Part shown: positions 38,236 through 52,252 of the stretch, piece by piece
Layout of the letters: each line of letters starts with the position of its first letter
How positions within the stretch are numbered: the stretch's first letter is position 1
NCBI GenBank assembly: GCA_965153455.1
Contig: OZ234493.1
Span: forward strand, 4,278,001-4,342,000
Reading direction: 5' to 3'
DNA from: Sphagnum compactum
Lineage: Eukaryota
DNA: 64,000 nt
Translations under genes and position numbers: made by a program
Notes under the pieces: model-generated
The model's database searches: none
Told to the model about the DNA's origin: nothing
What the model saw: the letters and a program-made list of their open reading frames with translations, nothing else

Positions 38236-41200
38236 TTTGAACCCCATTACTCCTGGATATACACACATTGGCATATTCAGCAACACTTGCATGCTTTTTG
38301 GCCAACTCTTTAAGCTTCAAGGTTTTGCAGGTTCTTCTGAGGTGATACACCTGTTGGGTTGCACAATATCATTCAAGCAGACCAAGAGAATGAGGTCTAA
38401 GTTACCAGGTCATGGTAAGATGGTGTTAAGGTATCCAACCCTAAAGACTAGGGTGTGAAGAGCTCAATCTGAAAGAGAAAGCCAGGTGAGTTGATGTGAT
38501 CTTGGCCATCAAAGCAAATGAGAGTAAAAGATATATGCATTATTTGGTGGCCGTAACTGTGCCATTTAGATGTGCAACTTCTTAGAGTTGACATGAGTTT
38601 GTGGAAAAGAAGACTTCTAAATTGGTCTTTTGACAAATTTTGAATTGATGAGATATTGGAACTTTGCTTAAGGTAAAAGGATACATGGATTTGTCGATCC
38701 TTACTCCAGCTTTATGGATGTGTTGATCTTGTTCAACAACTTGAGTCACCAAGATCTCTGAAGAGTATTGGTACTATGTTCCCCTCAAATTATTTCAGTT
38801 TGGTCCTGAAGGAGGTCAGCAAGCCAGGGAATCCTGTGAATTCATTTGTCATGTTTTCAGGTTGCTTGAACCCATTTCTGCATTGGCACCTGGTGTAATA
38901 AATGGCTGGAAATGGGATGTGGACATGTTGCCTGTGGATATTGTCCAAGGCTACTGTGCTGCTCTCTACTGTGACAAATGTAGTCTGGGATGCTCTTGAG
39001 CAAATTATGATGTGAGTGTAAGATCTTAGCCAGAACTTCTGGTGTTTTTTACCGGAACTACAGTAATTGTTTACTGGAATCAGACTACAAGAACTAGAGG
39101 TTTTGCAATATGATATCATGGCCAGACACATGATTGGTGAGTGTGGTGTGGCTAGTGTTGTTAATGGACACTGTTCTCACCTTTCATGCAGCTATTTTAA
39201 AATCTCTACTTACCCCAATTGTGCTGCCATGATTATCTTGGCCTGAGGCCAAGTCAAGAAATGATGTTCCACCATATTCACAATATTAATTCTTGTTTGC
39301 TTTCAAATTACTTTCCATGTCTATTCCTTGTGTTATACCACAGACGTTCTGAAAATGTTGGTCCTATACATGTGGTGACTCATCGATATGTTTGTATCAC
39401 GCCAGTGTTTCTACTATATTCTTTGAGAAAATAAGTTTTATGTCCAAAAAGTTTCGTAATGCCACATGTCATATTTTAATAAATGGATGACAATTAATGA
39501 TGTCAGCATGACATCATGGTGCAATTATAATAAATTGCATAGTAGTTGAAAATGAGTTTTTTTGATAAAATTGCAATTGAGTTACAACTTTGCAACTCAT
39601 ACAACTTGTCCATTAACACTCATGACATATAAATATAGTGATTTGTAAGTGTCCTTTGCAACTCGAAAATTTAGTCGCAAAGCTAGTTGTAAAACATCTT
39701 TTTTTCTCATAATGATAAGGCACTCCATACATAGCAAATGGATCCAACCACTCTATTTGGAGCCGCACATGCCCCTTTAGATCATTATTTTATTTTTAGA
39801 ATCTTCTTAAAAAAATTTTAATACGTCTTTTGGAAAGAAAAAAATTAATTATTTTGAATATTATTATGTTAAGGTGTATATTAAAAAATATCCAAAAATA
39901 TGTCATTAAAAAATATTTTCAAATTGTGTTTTTAGTGTCAAAACTACTTTGAATTCCTTTTATGTAGCTTTTAAGCAGTGGTTACAAGAGGTTAAAAATC
40001 TTTATATGTATTTTTCACTCATTAGGTTGATTCCAATTTTTTATGACATGTGTAGGGTAAGGCCCTATGATAGGGCATTACCAGAGTGAGGGCCTGCACA
40101 AGGTGATAGTTCAGTGCATACCTCAGACCCCATCCTGGTAACGGTGTCAGGCCTTACCCATTGTAAAGAAAGAGGCCAATGGACAAGATAAAAAAAGGCA
40201 GATGTAGAATCAGTAACCGAGATGAACCCACCTTGCAAATAGTGAGAACTTTACAGAGCATAAGAACCCTCTTTGAAATGAAATTGACCCTCCCCATTGT
40301 GGAGGTAAATCATACCAGATAGATGTGCCTCTGTTTCATACTGACAGAGTAATGGGCCTGCTTGAGGCTTTAGCCGAGTTCAGACCCATTCTGGGTGGAT
40401 AAGTGTATAACAGTGAGCATTGTGATGTGATACAGATTCTGCTGAACATACAGAATTCTCTAGCACAGCCAGTGGCTATTCAACCAAAGTCACCATTAAA
40501 GCATCTGGCATAGGGAAGAGGATCAACAAATACTTGGAGAATACGAGGATTAGAGGATTGCAAGGATAAGCTTGTATTGTAAGATTGCACAATAGACTTT
40601 AAGCAGGTGAATATTGTAAGTATTAAAAATCTCCCTCCAAAATTGGAGGAGCCACTTAAGAATCAATCTCTCTCCCAAATTAGAGGAGCCGGTTAGCCAA
40701 ATCATGCAGCTGCACAAAGGGGAACACGATGACAAAAGGAGACTAACAATCTGTTTATGCGTCAGGGCAAAGGATGAGAAGGTGGCACTGTTGGGGAAGG
40801 ATGTGTAAAGACTGGGAACTTGAGGCAAATTTGGTGTAGTGTCCAAGGCTGTGTGTAGTCCTTATCTTTGAGTGAACTGGCTCAGGTAGAACTGCGCATC
40901 ACCAAACACATACCTATCACCAAACACTTTCCAATTTTCCTCATTCCTTAACCAAATTGAGCAATTTTTGTGACATTGGACATGCAAACTGGAGGGCTAC
41001 AAATGTTCTGGCTGCAAGAAGGGAAATTTTGCTCACCCCTGCTTCCCCACCTCTGTCTGCAACTGTCAACCTCAATTTTCCTTTTTACTTCAGTGCTCTG
41101 CCTTTACACTGTGTAGAGCCCTCAGAGCGAAAATATGACCCCCCCCAAACCGCCCCAGGGTGCAGGTCCCTTATTTCCACACCACCTTGCTCCTTGGGCT

Positions 41201-41987
41201 TTTACCCTATACACTAACCATCCATCCTTCATCGTGCACTCATGGGTGCTGGTTCACTCTGACCTATTTCAAAGGTAAACATTTGCATAATGGCACAACC
41301 CAAATGAGTTTGATTTTGGTATAGCATTTAGGAAGGACATATTAATGGATAATGACAGGGAAGTTGCGAATCTCTTTAAGCAAAGAGCAAAGGGCTACTA
41401 TCTTCTTGATTCTCTTCCCCAAGATCAGTTGTGAACATATGCACTGTGTGAAAGTGGAGGCAGATCAAGTCCAGTTCCAACTCTCATCATCTCATCCACA
41501 ATCTGCATATGATAAAGGAAGAAATTTGCTGAATTGGGATTAGTTAATCATTGTTTATCATGCACAACCTGAAGTATTGAGCTGATCCACAAATCCAGTG
41601 ATCATAATTGTTCAGTGGTCTAAGGTGATAGAGATAAAAGTTTTAGTTTAGTATAGCTATAGCTCTCCTTTAATGAAGGCTGCACTCATACTTGTGACAG
41701 TCTCTTGGGGTCCCACAACAATTCCCTTCCAAGTAGCAGAGAAACCTAAAGACTTAAGTAGTTTAATAATAGCATCTGCTAAAGTTCATGATGCAAGCAC
41801 AAAATGGTCATGACAGCCTAGAATATCTGCCATAATACATCACTTCTCCAGAACACTAGATGAGTCTGTAAGCCAAGACCAAATATTGAAGAATGGTCTT
41901 TGGCTGTGAACAAAGCACACACCCCAGCTGGGACTTTGGAGTACTTACAGACATCAGTTTTTCAAGGAACTGCTGGAACATGGTCAA

Positions 41988-44900
41988 TCAATGCAGTGAA
42001 TTCCATGGAGATCGAGGCCTCACAGGTGTCTTTGAAGGGCTCACCCTAAACAGCCAAAGCAAGATTTGAAGTCTTGAATGAAAGAAAGACTAATGCAACT
42101 TGAAGTGTCGAACATCTCAAACTTAACATGGAGCAGAAATAGAAAGGTGCCAAGAAACTGAGATCTTCATTGCAGACCAGGATTTACTCACCTAATTGGA
42201 AGTGAACCCAAGACAGCTCCACTGCAGTTCAGTGCAGCAACTGCACTTTCAGCCTGCAAAGGAGATATTCAAATCAGTATTTTGCAGAGACAAAAGCTCC
42301 TTTTGCACCACATCTGATTTTAATTTCCACATTTACAGTCACATGAATGCAAATGCACTGTAATTGTTTGAGAGCATCTTCAAGCATCAATAGTCAAGGA
42401 CAGATTCTCCAAAAAGAGATGTGGCCTAGAGTCCAAGAATTTTAGTGACATAGCACTTCCTTTTTCACAGCACTCTGAGGGAGTATTCCATGTGGAGGAG
42501 ATTCCTTTGTTCAACTAGCAATATTAGGTTGAAATATACCCTGAGTTCTATTAGCATTGGAGCCTCAACAATGATGTGGGCCTCCCATTTCAATTCCCAG
42601 AATTACTTCATTTGAATCCTGACCTCTCCACAAGTGCATCTACCCCAAGATTACATACTACCAAAATATGCAAATCATCAACGCATCAGCAGTACCAGCA
42701 CCATCTCCAGAAGTGAACACCTCAAAAGGTGTCCAAAGTTGTTGAAGAGATGCAATCACACCTCCATTGACTGTTCAGACAACTTGTGCATATTACACCA
42801 TCAAAGTAGATACAAAAGATGAAGCCTGCAAGCCTACAGGGCCCATTATGCTGCGATCTTCCTGGATAAATCACCCTAAATCATCTTGGAAATTAAGCAA
42901 CCTATAGATGAGAGAGTTCACTCACCATGACAAACTCTACAAATGCTATTCGTGTCGAATGATGGTGGTCCCCCAGTAATCTTAGCTGTGCAACCTGCAC
43001 ATTCCATCTCCAAGCAGTTTCCAGAAAACTGTCAGGATCTACTAACTTAAGCAATTAAGGCCTCATTCATGGTCACCACTATAAAACCCAAAAGGGAGAG
43101 AGAGAGCCCTCATGTGAAACATGTGGCAATGGGTATCTATCACACATGGTCAATTAAAAGTGAAACAATGTGCATACTTACCTCACCACACAAAGATTCA
43201 AAGAAGAGCTTTATATCAGCCTGCAACACCTGCACTCAAGGTAACACTTATTCAGAGAAAAGTTTAAAGTGACAGATACTTCCCTCCAGAGAAGGTGGCA
43301 GGACTCAGTCTAAACCCTGAAAGAGGCCTCATTGCACAGAGAACAAGATTAAAGCATTAATAACATAAACCAAACTTGATTCATATTCCAATTCACCTTC
43401 TTGTCAATATTAGTGCAATATATTGTGCGAGCACACATCTCCCGATCATCTTCAGTCTGCCACAATTGGCTTGTAAGCATGAGTAATGGAAGAGCGAGCA
43501 AGTCAGTGAGCCTGCACCACACAGAATCTAAACTGGCTAATCCGAATAATGGCTGGGTTTGTTGTGCCAATTCAACACTACCTCTCACAAGAGATGCAAA
43601 ACAGAGATTCTGCCAATACCTATGTGGGATTACTCCTAACATGTGCTGTTTGATCCAGAGTTGTGCTAGTGGAAAGTCCAATGAAGCAAAGTTCCTCATC
43701 AAATAACACAGGCTACCAGCATGAATCCTATCTCATGAGTGTGAAACATTTTTATGAGTATATTCTAACCAGAACCAATCACCAGATCAGAAGAAAAAGT
43801 GTAACTTTAGTGTAATCTTACCTGAGGTAGGAAGGTTGGATTGACTGGCACAATAGCTGTCTTGGAAGGAAGAACCCGAACAGGATAATATCCCAGCATT
43901 GTGCCACTAAGGCTCAGTGCTGCGTGGGCACCCTCTGGTTATCATGGAGAAATAGACGGCCACACAAGGAGTATGAGAGAAAGACCAGGACGAAGAAGTT
44001 TAATCAAACTTCATGAACATAATGGCTTGATCACAAAACTAGTTGCTCTGGAACCTGCCAGCAAAACAGACAGTACCTTCATCTGTGAATTCAACAAAAG
44101 CAAATCGAAGTACGGAGTTTGGGTCTCCACACACCCGACAATCCACCACCTGAAGCCAAAGAAAAATTCTATGAGTCTTGCATGAAGTGCAATGTCTCCA
44201 GATCATGTTCATAGAGCTTCTTGAGTCATCTGAGAATTACCTGACCACATGTAATGAACAGAGCAGCAAGCTGTTCTTCTGTAACCTTTCATAAACCACA
44301 CAGCAAGCCAACATAGTCAGTCCACATTGTCTCCATCATTCTACTCTAAGAAAATCTGCAAAGGATACACTCAGGAAAGGGACAGATACACTGGCTGACA
44401 GACTCTTCACAATTTTCTGCATGACATCGAGGAGAAGACATATCAAATATCCTCTGCACATTAACTTTTGGATGAAGGAGCTTGTCATTCAAGCTCCAAC
44501 AAGCGTTCTTGAATAATTACAGATGGCGTAGGTCTGCAAATTGAGTCGATAGGTATTCACACAATCCTCACCTTGTGATCTGTGTTGCCACCATTGAAAC
44601 AGTGAGCACAGTCTCCGATCTATTAGCATTGCAGAAGTTTAGAAATTGGGATATTGGAGGACATCTATTCGATGGTCTCAAAAGACATCGATTGAGGGAC
44701 CTGGAAAGTCGCGGACAGACCTTTTCGAGAGAGACGGCGGCAAGGCAGTCTTACCTGCTGATCTATGTCCGACACATACACCGTTCGTCGGATACTATCT
44801 TCCCGCTGCGCCCGATTTGTTCGACTATTGACGCGTTTCTTATTAACCGCACTTGTGGCATTCTTCAATCACGTCAACCAAATCCACGTCAACACTCTCG

Positions 44901-45353
44901 GGTTGTGCAAAGATCAAAGAACAGACATAGAACAAAAGTCGTGAAAGCACGACGAGAAAAACAGCAAAGGAAGCAGGCATCGGCTACCTTGCGATAATTT
45001 TGCTTGGGAATTGATGATGCGAGACCAGGAGAAACAGCATCAGCATGGGACGGTGGAATGAACTCCTTGGCCAGGGGATTAAGTTTCGTAAGGAGCTCTT
45101 CCAGTTCCCGTATACTGTCATTACTGTCGGCATCCAGTGCACCTACTTCATCATCCGCCCTGCTCTCGCGCACGCCATTCTCGCCATTCGCTTGGGGCAT
45201 TTGCGCTTGCCTTGCCTGCTGCTGATCCCGAGGAGGGTTAGCATACAGCTCATCTACTCCACTCTGCTGCACGTCTAACGAGAGAAGCGAAGAATAGTTT
45301 CGTGCCGTCGTCGGAAGCAAGTTCACCACCAGTCCCATTTCAGCCACAGCCAT
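41988..45353 (-). CDS. CTC-interacting domain (CID8-13 class) poly(A)-binding-protein interactor: PAM2 + two RRMs (~333 aa)
   Basis: Exons 45353-44988, 44862-44755, 44285-44241, 44149-44077, 43934-43822, 43456-43397, 43229-43182, 42994-42926, 42253-42192, 42045-41988. PAM2 KLNPLAKEFIP; RRTVYVSDIDQQVTEEQLA..CGDPNSVLRFAFVEF; RTIYCTNIDKK..HSTRIAFVEF..IRVSPSKTPVRPR. Confidence 0.93.
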
Positions 45354-47399
45354 GCCTGCTGATGTCCCTCTCTCCTACTCCCTGCACCCTTTCACCGAAC
45401 ACATGTTTCCATTTTCGCTTTCATCGCCTGCCCTAACGATACCTTCATTGTCCTGTGCTTCTGCTTTTGAATCTTGTTCCTCAGATGCTTGACTGTGTAG
45501 TGCTGCCGATCAAGATCTGATCCGCGATCCCCGCGCGCACAGCACAACTGTGGCTTCGCTATGCCGTGCCTCCTCCTCGCTCTCCCTCTCCCGTGCTGTC
45601 TGGAAGACCACGCGCGGGGGAACACTGGCACGAGAGACGACGACGACAAGCCTGTGGTAAGTCACTAGTTACTTACTTCTCACTCTGATTGTTGAGTAGG
45701 TAATCATTCCACTAGTCACTAGTAAATCACTAGTAACAAGCAGCTGCCCTTAAATTTCGCATTTAAGGCCTGATTTTTTTTAATAAAAAAATTTGGGTAA
45801 TGCCCACGGTCAAGTGCCTAAAATCCGGGCAGAGGTTTTTATGACCTGAAATTTTTGGACACGGACAAAAAAGGGTTTTTGTGACCCTACTAATTCACCA
45901 AATTTTGAAAAAATTAAAGCATTGAAATCACCAGATTTTCATTTTTTTACGACAGTTACAGAGGTAGCCAAAATATAAAAGGATCCTTAAATTATTTTTT
46001 ATTTTCTCATCTGGTCTATAGCCAAATATGGAAAAACTTCCATTTCATTGTTGAATTTTCATTATTTTAAAATTGTTGTTCCTATTTTTTTTCCCTCCAT
46101 CAATGTTTTTTTTGTATTTCTTCGATTCAATTTGTTGAAAGTTTTTTCCTTCGGCTTTGGAAAAAAATGTGCTTTTCTTGAATAATCGTGAACAAAAAAG
46201 TCATAAAGCCAATGTTCTTTTACTAGAGCTCATTTTCATGGGTTGGAACAAGTTGTTTTCCTTTTGGAAAAAAAATCGTCAAAGGGTGAAATAGTCTCTA
46301 AAAATGAAATATTTTATCAGAATTTATTTCTTTTTTTAAATTTTGTCTAGAACAAAAAAATTGTATTTTTGGGGGAGGGTGTCACAAAATTATGTTTGTT
46401 GGTTGCAATTTTAAGATTTCCTTGAAATAATGTCACCAATTCAATCAAAATTTGCCTAAAGATGTTCTCGACTAGTGTTTTTTTTTAAGGGTGAATTTTT
46501 TCCCAATTTCAACCTTTAAAATGTGATTTTGACCTAAACAAAATATTTTCCATGGAAAACATAGCCCAAATTCGCTGGATTTTTTTTTTAAAAAAGGGTT
46601 TCCAAATCACCAATTTTTAATGACAAGTTCCAATATGTAGCCAATAATATATAAAGATTTTTTTCTTATTTTCATATTTAGTTTGTAACCAAATCTAGCT
46701 AAATTGTCTTATGGATGATTGCAAGTTCAACTACATCACAAAATTTGAAACCCTACCCATGATCACCTTGGCTCCATCGAAAAATTGAAGAAAAATAATG
46801 GTTGGGATAGACCTATGTGCATTTGTAAACTCCTAAATTTGTTTTTTGAGTTACGAGGCACGATACATAATAAATGTATAATACCTAATGTCCCCTTGAA
46901 ATGCAAAGGCATATTCCTTGGTGTCCTTTGACATCATATCTAGCACTTTCAACATCCTTTGGTGCCCCCTTTTTGCTTAAAAACAAAAAATTCCTACTTA
47001 ACTTGGCACCCATTATGTAGGAATACAATTATACGAGCCCTATGCCTTGATGAACAATCCAACAAATCATCCAAAATGGGTACCAAAATGGATGAATTTT
47101 TAATCCTTATTGAAAAATTAAAATTATACTAGGATTGGATGAATGGAGGATGAATAATTTGTATGGATTTTTAGATGAAGTTTTTATAATGAACAATCCG
47201 GATAAGTAGTTTGGATGAAGGTTTATGATATCATTTTGCCATGGTGAGTTATATGTGGACTTGATACCTGGGGCAAGTCAAAAACCATAGGATCCCAACA
47301 AATGGGGGAGGTGTAAAACATGGGCAAATCTACAAGTGAGGTAAATTGCAAAGTCAATTACAAAGGCAAGTCCAAAGTTATAAACAGTGGAAACTCTAT

Positions 47400-50250
47400 T
47401 ACATGTAGTCATACTATACTACAACTATTTATGTATGATGGATAATTTCATCACATACAACTCATACAACATTATTCAACAATTTACAATTTTTCATTTT
47501 GTGCCCCAACTTGAGGAACACAATGTTGACACAAACTAACGATGACCCATCTCAAAAATGTTCCTTATATCTTTGCCATGAACTATGTTAAACGTTTTGA
47601 ACAATCTTACTTAGGTCACCCACCATAATCTATTTGCAAAGACTTCATACAACCCCAATTACCTTTTATTCATATCCCCTTTCTATTCATGCAATTCAAT
47701 AAAATGGCTTTTGAGAGTTGCAAATAGGTGTTTTAATAAGATTAGAAAATGTTGCTAAGTTATTGTTATTGGAATTAGAAACCTTGAACACCCAGTTGAT
47801 GGCAATACGAATTCATTGATGTCATTATTTTAGTTATCCTCACTTTCATTTGTGTGCAGCACTTGCTAATTGATCAAGTATTTGTCCCTTTTTCCAACTT
47901 CCAATGCGTGCACTAAACATTGTTAGTAATGAACCAACTTTGTTAGGCAAGGTCTATTTTGAAATTTCCCCAACCAATGTTGCATTCATCATATTGCTCC
48001 AAGAAAAGTGCAAGCATTCCTTCTCAACGATGTTGTTCAAGCTATGGGTTTGTGATCTCATCATTCAATTGTCATTTGAATGAGGCCACTAGCTACCGTA
48101 ACAAGTCTTTCATTTTCAACAACTTTTTGCAAACTTCAATAACATGTTTCCATTTGTCTGGATTGATTTTACTAATTCCTCTATATTGATAGATTTTTGT
48201 TTTGGTTCCACCATAGCAAACATGGGTCTACTGCATCTAACCTCTTTGTGTTACCATACATGTATTATATGTATGTCTTCTCTAATTTATAGTAGCATCA
48301 CAATTCCAACACAACCAAATTCAAGGTTGAGTTTCCCATATCTTCTAGGTTTATTAAAAGATATATTCACAAATAATGTTGTAAATGAGGAACTCCTTAA
48401 ATTTTGTCATTAATGTTCCACTTACATAAAACACATATTTCAAATCTTTGCCTCTAGCACAAGTGGTAAGTTGCTCCACCTACTCGTAAACATGTCTACA
48501 AATAGAATAATGAATAATAGGCCTGCATTAGAAAAAAAGGTGCCATGCATTCCATCTCTAATAAAATGTGTAAAATGTCATTTAAGGGAAATCTTTGAAT
48601 CCTATTTGATTTGCTTGAATGGGAATATAAATGGTAAAAGTCCTAATGAAGTCAATTGTTTTTTAGTGTCAAGTTTCAATAAGCTTTCCTATCATCTAAT
48701 GATCACCACATCCCATTTCAATTGGTCTTCAATAGACCTTTTGTGGTGGAATTCTAGAGGGCCTTCCTTGTTCCTCCTTTAAATTTGTTATAGCAGTACT
48801 ACTTCCCTAAATGTTCCCAAACACATTTCTCTAACCATGTAACCCATTTGAGTCATCTACAATGCAATAACCATTTAAAATTCAACTTCTAAGACTTGCT
48901 AAACAAACCATTTCCTAGCAGGCACATTTGGAAATTTCAATCCGTTTTCAATGCAATATTTGGTTGTTTAAGTCATCTTCAGCAATATGTGGTTGGGTAA
49001 AGCTAACACCGCCCTTGGCACACCCTTTGAAATCACAATAGAAGAAAGTAACTTCTTCTTGCTTCATCATCTATAAGTCTAATTTTATGCACCCGCATTC
49101 CAATTATTTCCACTTGTTTTTGCAAACTTGGTTCAATTGACCTTGACCCCCTTCCTTTCCAAAAACAAACCCCTAATAAAACTTAGGGCAATGCAATTAC
49201 ATTAATAATTTTCATCTTTAGATATATAAGAAGGTATAACTCCAAAGTTTTGGAAATCAAACTTGGGTCATAATAACTCTCATATTTGAAGCCATTGTTA
49301 TGTGTCCTTCCCCCTCACAACACCTCACATTCCTAAAGTGATGCATGTGAGTCATCAAGCTCCTTCCAAATGTCAAAACCTTTTTTACAAAGCCCCATTT
49401 TTAAAAAAACTATTTTGCATCTCCTTGCCCCTTTTCCTTCCTCATTGCTTCTAAAGCAAAGCATTCCTTGACAACACTTCAAGCTACAAATACTTCTATC
49501 AACTAATGGTGTTCAATCCTCAAGCAAATGTTGCAAGAAAAATAAAAGTTTCCCTCACAACACTATAGTTTCTACAAACAATTATGCCAAGGGCCAACAA
49601 CACTTTCGTTAGAGTAATCCATTATGTAATGTTGTAATATCAATCACAATTTCTCACAACAACTTTGATGTCCAAACAACTATGCAAACAAAAGTTCTAA
49701 ATAGCTCCCCAAATAAATTTACATTAAACAAAAAACACACATCTTTGGCCTCACAACACTTTCATGAACTCCAACTAGTTTTGCAATCAAGTCTACTTAA
49801 AGCTCCTAAACAATTAGCAACATCTGAAAAAAAAACAAATGAACTCCATTAAACAAGGATATTGGGCTTGTGAATTGGTTTAAGGTTTGATTACTTTGCA
49901 CAACTAGGATAACAATGCAACATCCTAAAACTAACTCCTAGTTATTTACACTAGTTACATGGCTATTGCAGAATGTTGTTCTTGAACAACAATAGGGTAT
50001 CTATAACCCACTTGTCAATTCTAACTTCAACATATTGATGCAAATGAAAAATAGTGGGTGTAAACTGCCTTATTAATGTGGAAAGAAAGATCAGGATAAT
50101 TTAGTAGCCCTCTAAAAACCATTAAAATCTTAGTGCAAATATTTGAACTAACATGATTAGCTTGTGAGAAAGGTTCATAGATAGGAGCATTATTTGAGTA
50201 CTTCTTGTAGAGCTTGAAAATAGACCCTTGCATTATCAAGCTCCCTACTT
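47400..50250 (-). pseudogene. Probable decayed transposon coding relic, family not identified
   Basis: Stop-interrupted protein-like fragments on the minus strand, e.g. NNGFKYESYYDPSLISKTLELYLLIY and IALSFIRGLFLERKGVKVN*TKFA near 49120-49300; boundaries approximate. Confidence 0.3.
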
Positions 50251-50292
50251 AATCCACCCCTAATTACTAAGTTGCTTGAACCTGTGAACCCC

Positions 50293-50985
50293 AAAAAATT
50301 CCAATTGAACAATAGTTCTTTTGTCAAATCGACTTGGTGTAATATGAGGAACTTGAGATGTAAAAAATTCCAATTGAACAATAGTTCTTTTGTCAAATCG
50401 ACTTGGTGTAATATGAGGAACTTGAGATGTAAAAAATTCCAATTGAACAATAGTTCTTTTGTCAAATCGACTTGTTGTAATATGAGGAACTTGAGATGTA
50501 AAAAATTCCAATTGAACAATAGTTCTTTGCCAAATTGACTTGGTGTAATATGAAGAACTTGAGATGTAAAAAACTCCAATTGAACAATAGTTCATTGTCA
50601 AATCGACTTGGTGTAATATGAAGAACTTCAAATATAAAAATTTCCAATTGAACAATAGTTCTTTTGTCAAATTGACTTGGTGTAATATGAAGAACTTGAG
50701 ATGTAAAAAATTTCAATTGAACAATAGTTCTTTTGTCAAATCGACTTGGTGTAATATGAAGAACTTGAAATGTAAAAATTTCCAATTAAACAATAGTTCT
50801 TTTGTCAAATCGACTTGGTGTAATATGAATAACTTGAGATGTAAAAATTTCCAATTGAACAATAGTTCTTTGCCAAATCGACTTGGTGTAATATGAAGAA
50901 CTTGAGATGTAAAAAACTCCAATTGAACAATAGTTTTTTTGTCAAATCGACTTGGTGTGTAATATGAAGAACTTGAGATGTAAAA
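50293..50985. repeat. Minisatellite, 69-bp unit x10
   Basis: aaaaaattccaattgaacaatagttcttttgtcaaatcgacttggtgtaatatgaggaacttgagatgt repeated; explains the repetitive ORFs in the track. Confidence 0.97.
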
Positions 50986-52252
50986 TGACGTGCTCCCAAG
51001 TTCCTCGTAGACCCACTTGAGGGTCCAAGTATGCGGCAATGCGGAAGGAGTTGGAACTTGGAGCCGCTCCCTAGCTCACAACACTTGGAGGGGTAGAGGG
51101 GCGTGTTGGAGCTCCGGGATGGGACTAGGAAGAATTGACAAGCTTATTCACTCACACGGCCTTGCACGAAACCCTCATGAAGTGGTTAGTGCATAGTTGA
51201 AGCACCTTTGGTGCTAGGAAGAGCCACGGGCAACCTTAGACTCACTTGATTCACCTCGGCCCGGACTTGGGGAAGCCACCACCTTCCCCCTTTATCACAT
51301 TCGGGAACACCCTTGGGTGTTAGGACAAGCCACGGGCACTTGGACTCACTCACCACGGCCCGGACTTGGGAGTAAGTCAGCAACTTACTCCCTTGGGGAA
51401 GCCATCACCTTCCCCTTGGGGAAGCCACCACCTTCCCCCTTGGGACTCATGTTGAATCCTTTTGGTGTTGGGACAAGCCACGGGTGAACTCGGACTCACT
51501 TTGAACACACACACACTCCGGGCTCGGGAGTAAGCCACCACCTCACTCCCTTTGGTGGGGAAGCCAGCACCTTCCCCCTTGGGGAAGCCAACCACTTCCC
51601 CCTTATAGTATACTCTGTGACTCTCCACGGAGGCTACATCCAAATGGCTATTTTTCCCGGGACTCCCGAGTGGGAGTCTCGAAATCGCGCCAAATGGGAC
51701 TCTCGCGACTTTGGAGCCCCATAACTTTGCAAGCAGACCTCGGATCGCGATGCGGTCTGAAGCAAAGTTGTAGATCTCATCGAGACCTTTCCAACGGTAT
51801 GTTGCACGTCCTCTGCAGCCCAGTATTTCGGGTCGATTCCTGACTTTTAGTGGTCAGGAGTCAAAACTGGACGACTCCCGGGAATTCGACTCCCGGGCCT
51901 TCTTTTGGCCATAACTTGTGTTTCAAATGTCCAAATGAGCAATGCGAGCCCATTTTGGACATCTACACTTCAAGAGCTTTCCATTGATATAAAGAGCAAA
52001 ACAAGCCATGGAGTTTTGACCCCTCAAAACGCTTTGTGAAGTTTTGAGAGTCCCTCCGGGACTCTAACTCTCACCAACTCCCAACGTGGGAGTTCACTTG
52101 GGAGTGTGAGGGTTCACTCCCTCACACTCTCTGGACTCTTTGCACTCCTTGCACTCCCGGGAGCATGTGATGTGCCTCCCGGGTCTACTACTAGGCCCAC
52201 AACCTCACAACCCCCTCGCCTTGGTCGCAAGCCAAAGGCTAGGGTTGCGACA
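50986..52252. mobile_element. Solo LTR (1267 bp)
   Basis: TGACG...CGACA termini; 5-bp TSD TAAAA at 50981-50985 and 52253-52257; sharp GC rise; internal ggggaagccaccaccttcccc sub-repeats; no gag/pol. Confidence 0.88.

Noticed and set aside
50190-51039. Repetitive ORFs on both strands, and a possible CRISPR-like array
   Set aside because: Contiguous 69-bp tandem units with no unique spacers; the ORFs arise because the unit length is divisible by 3
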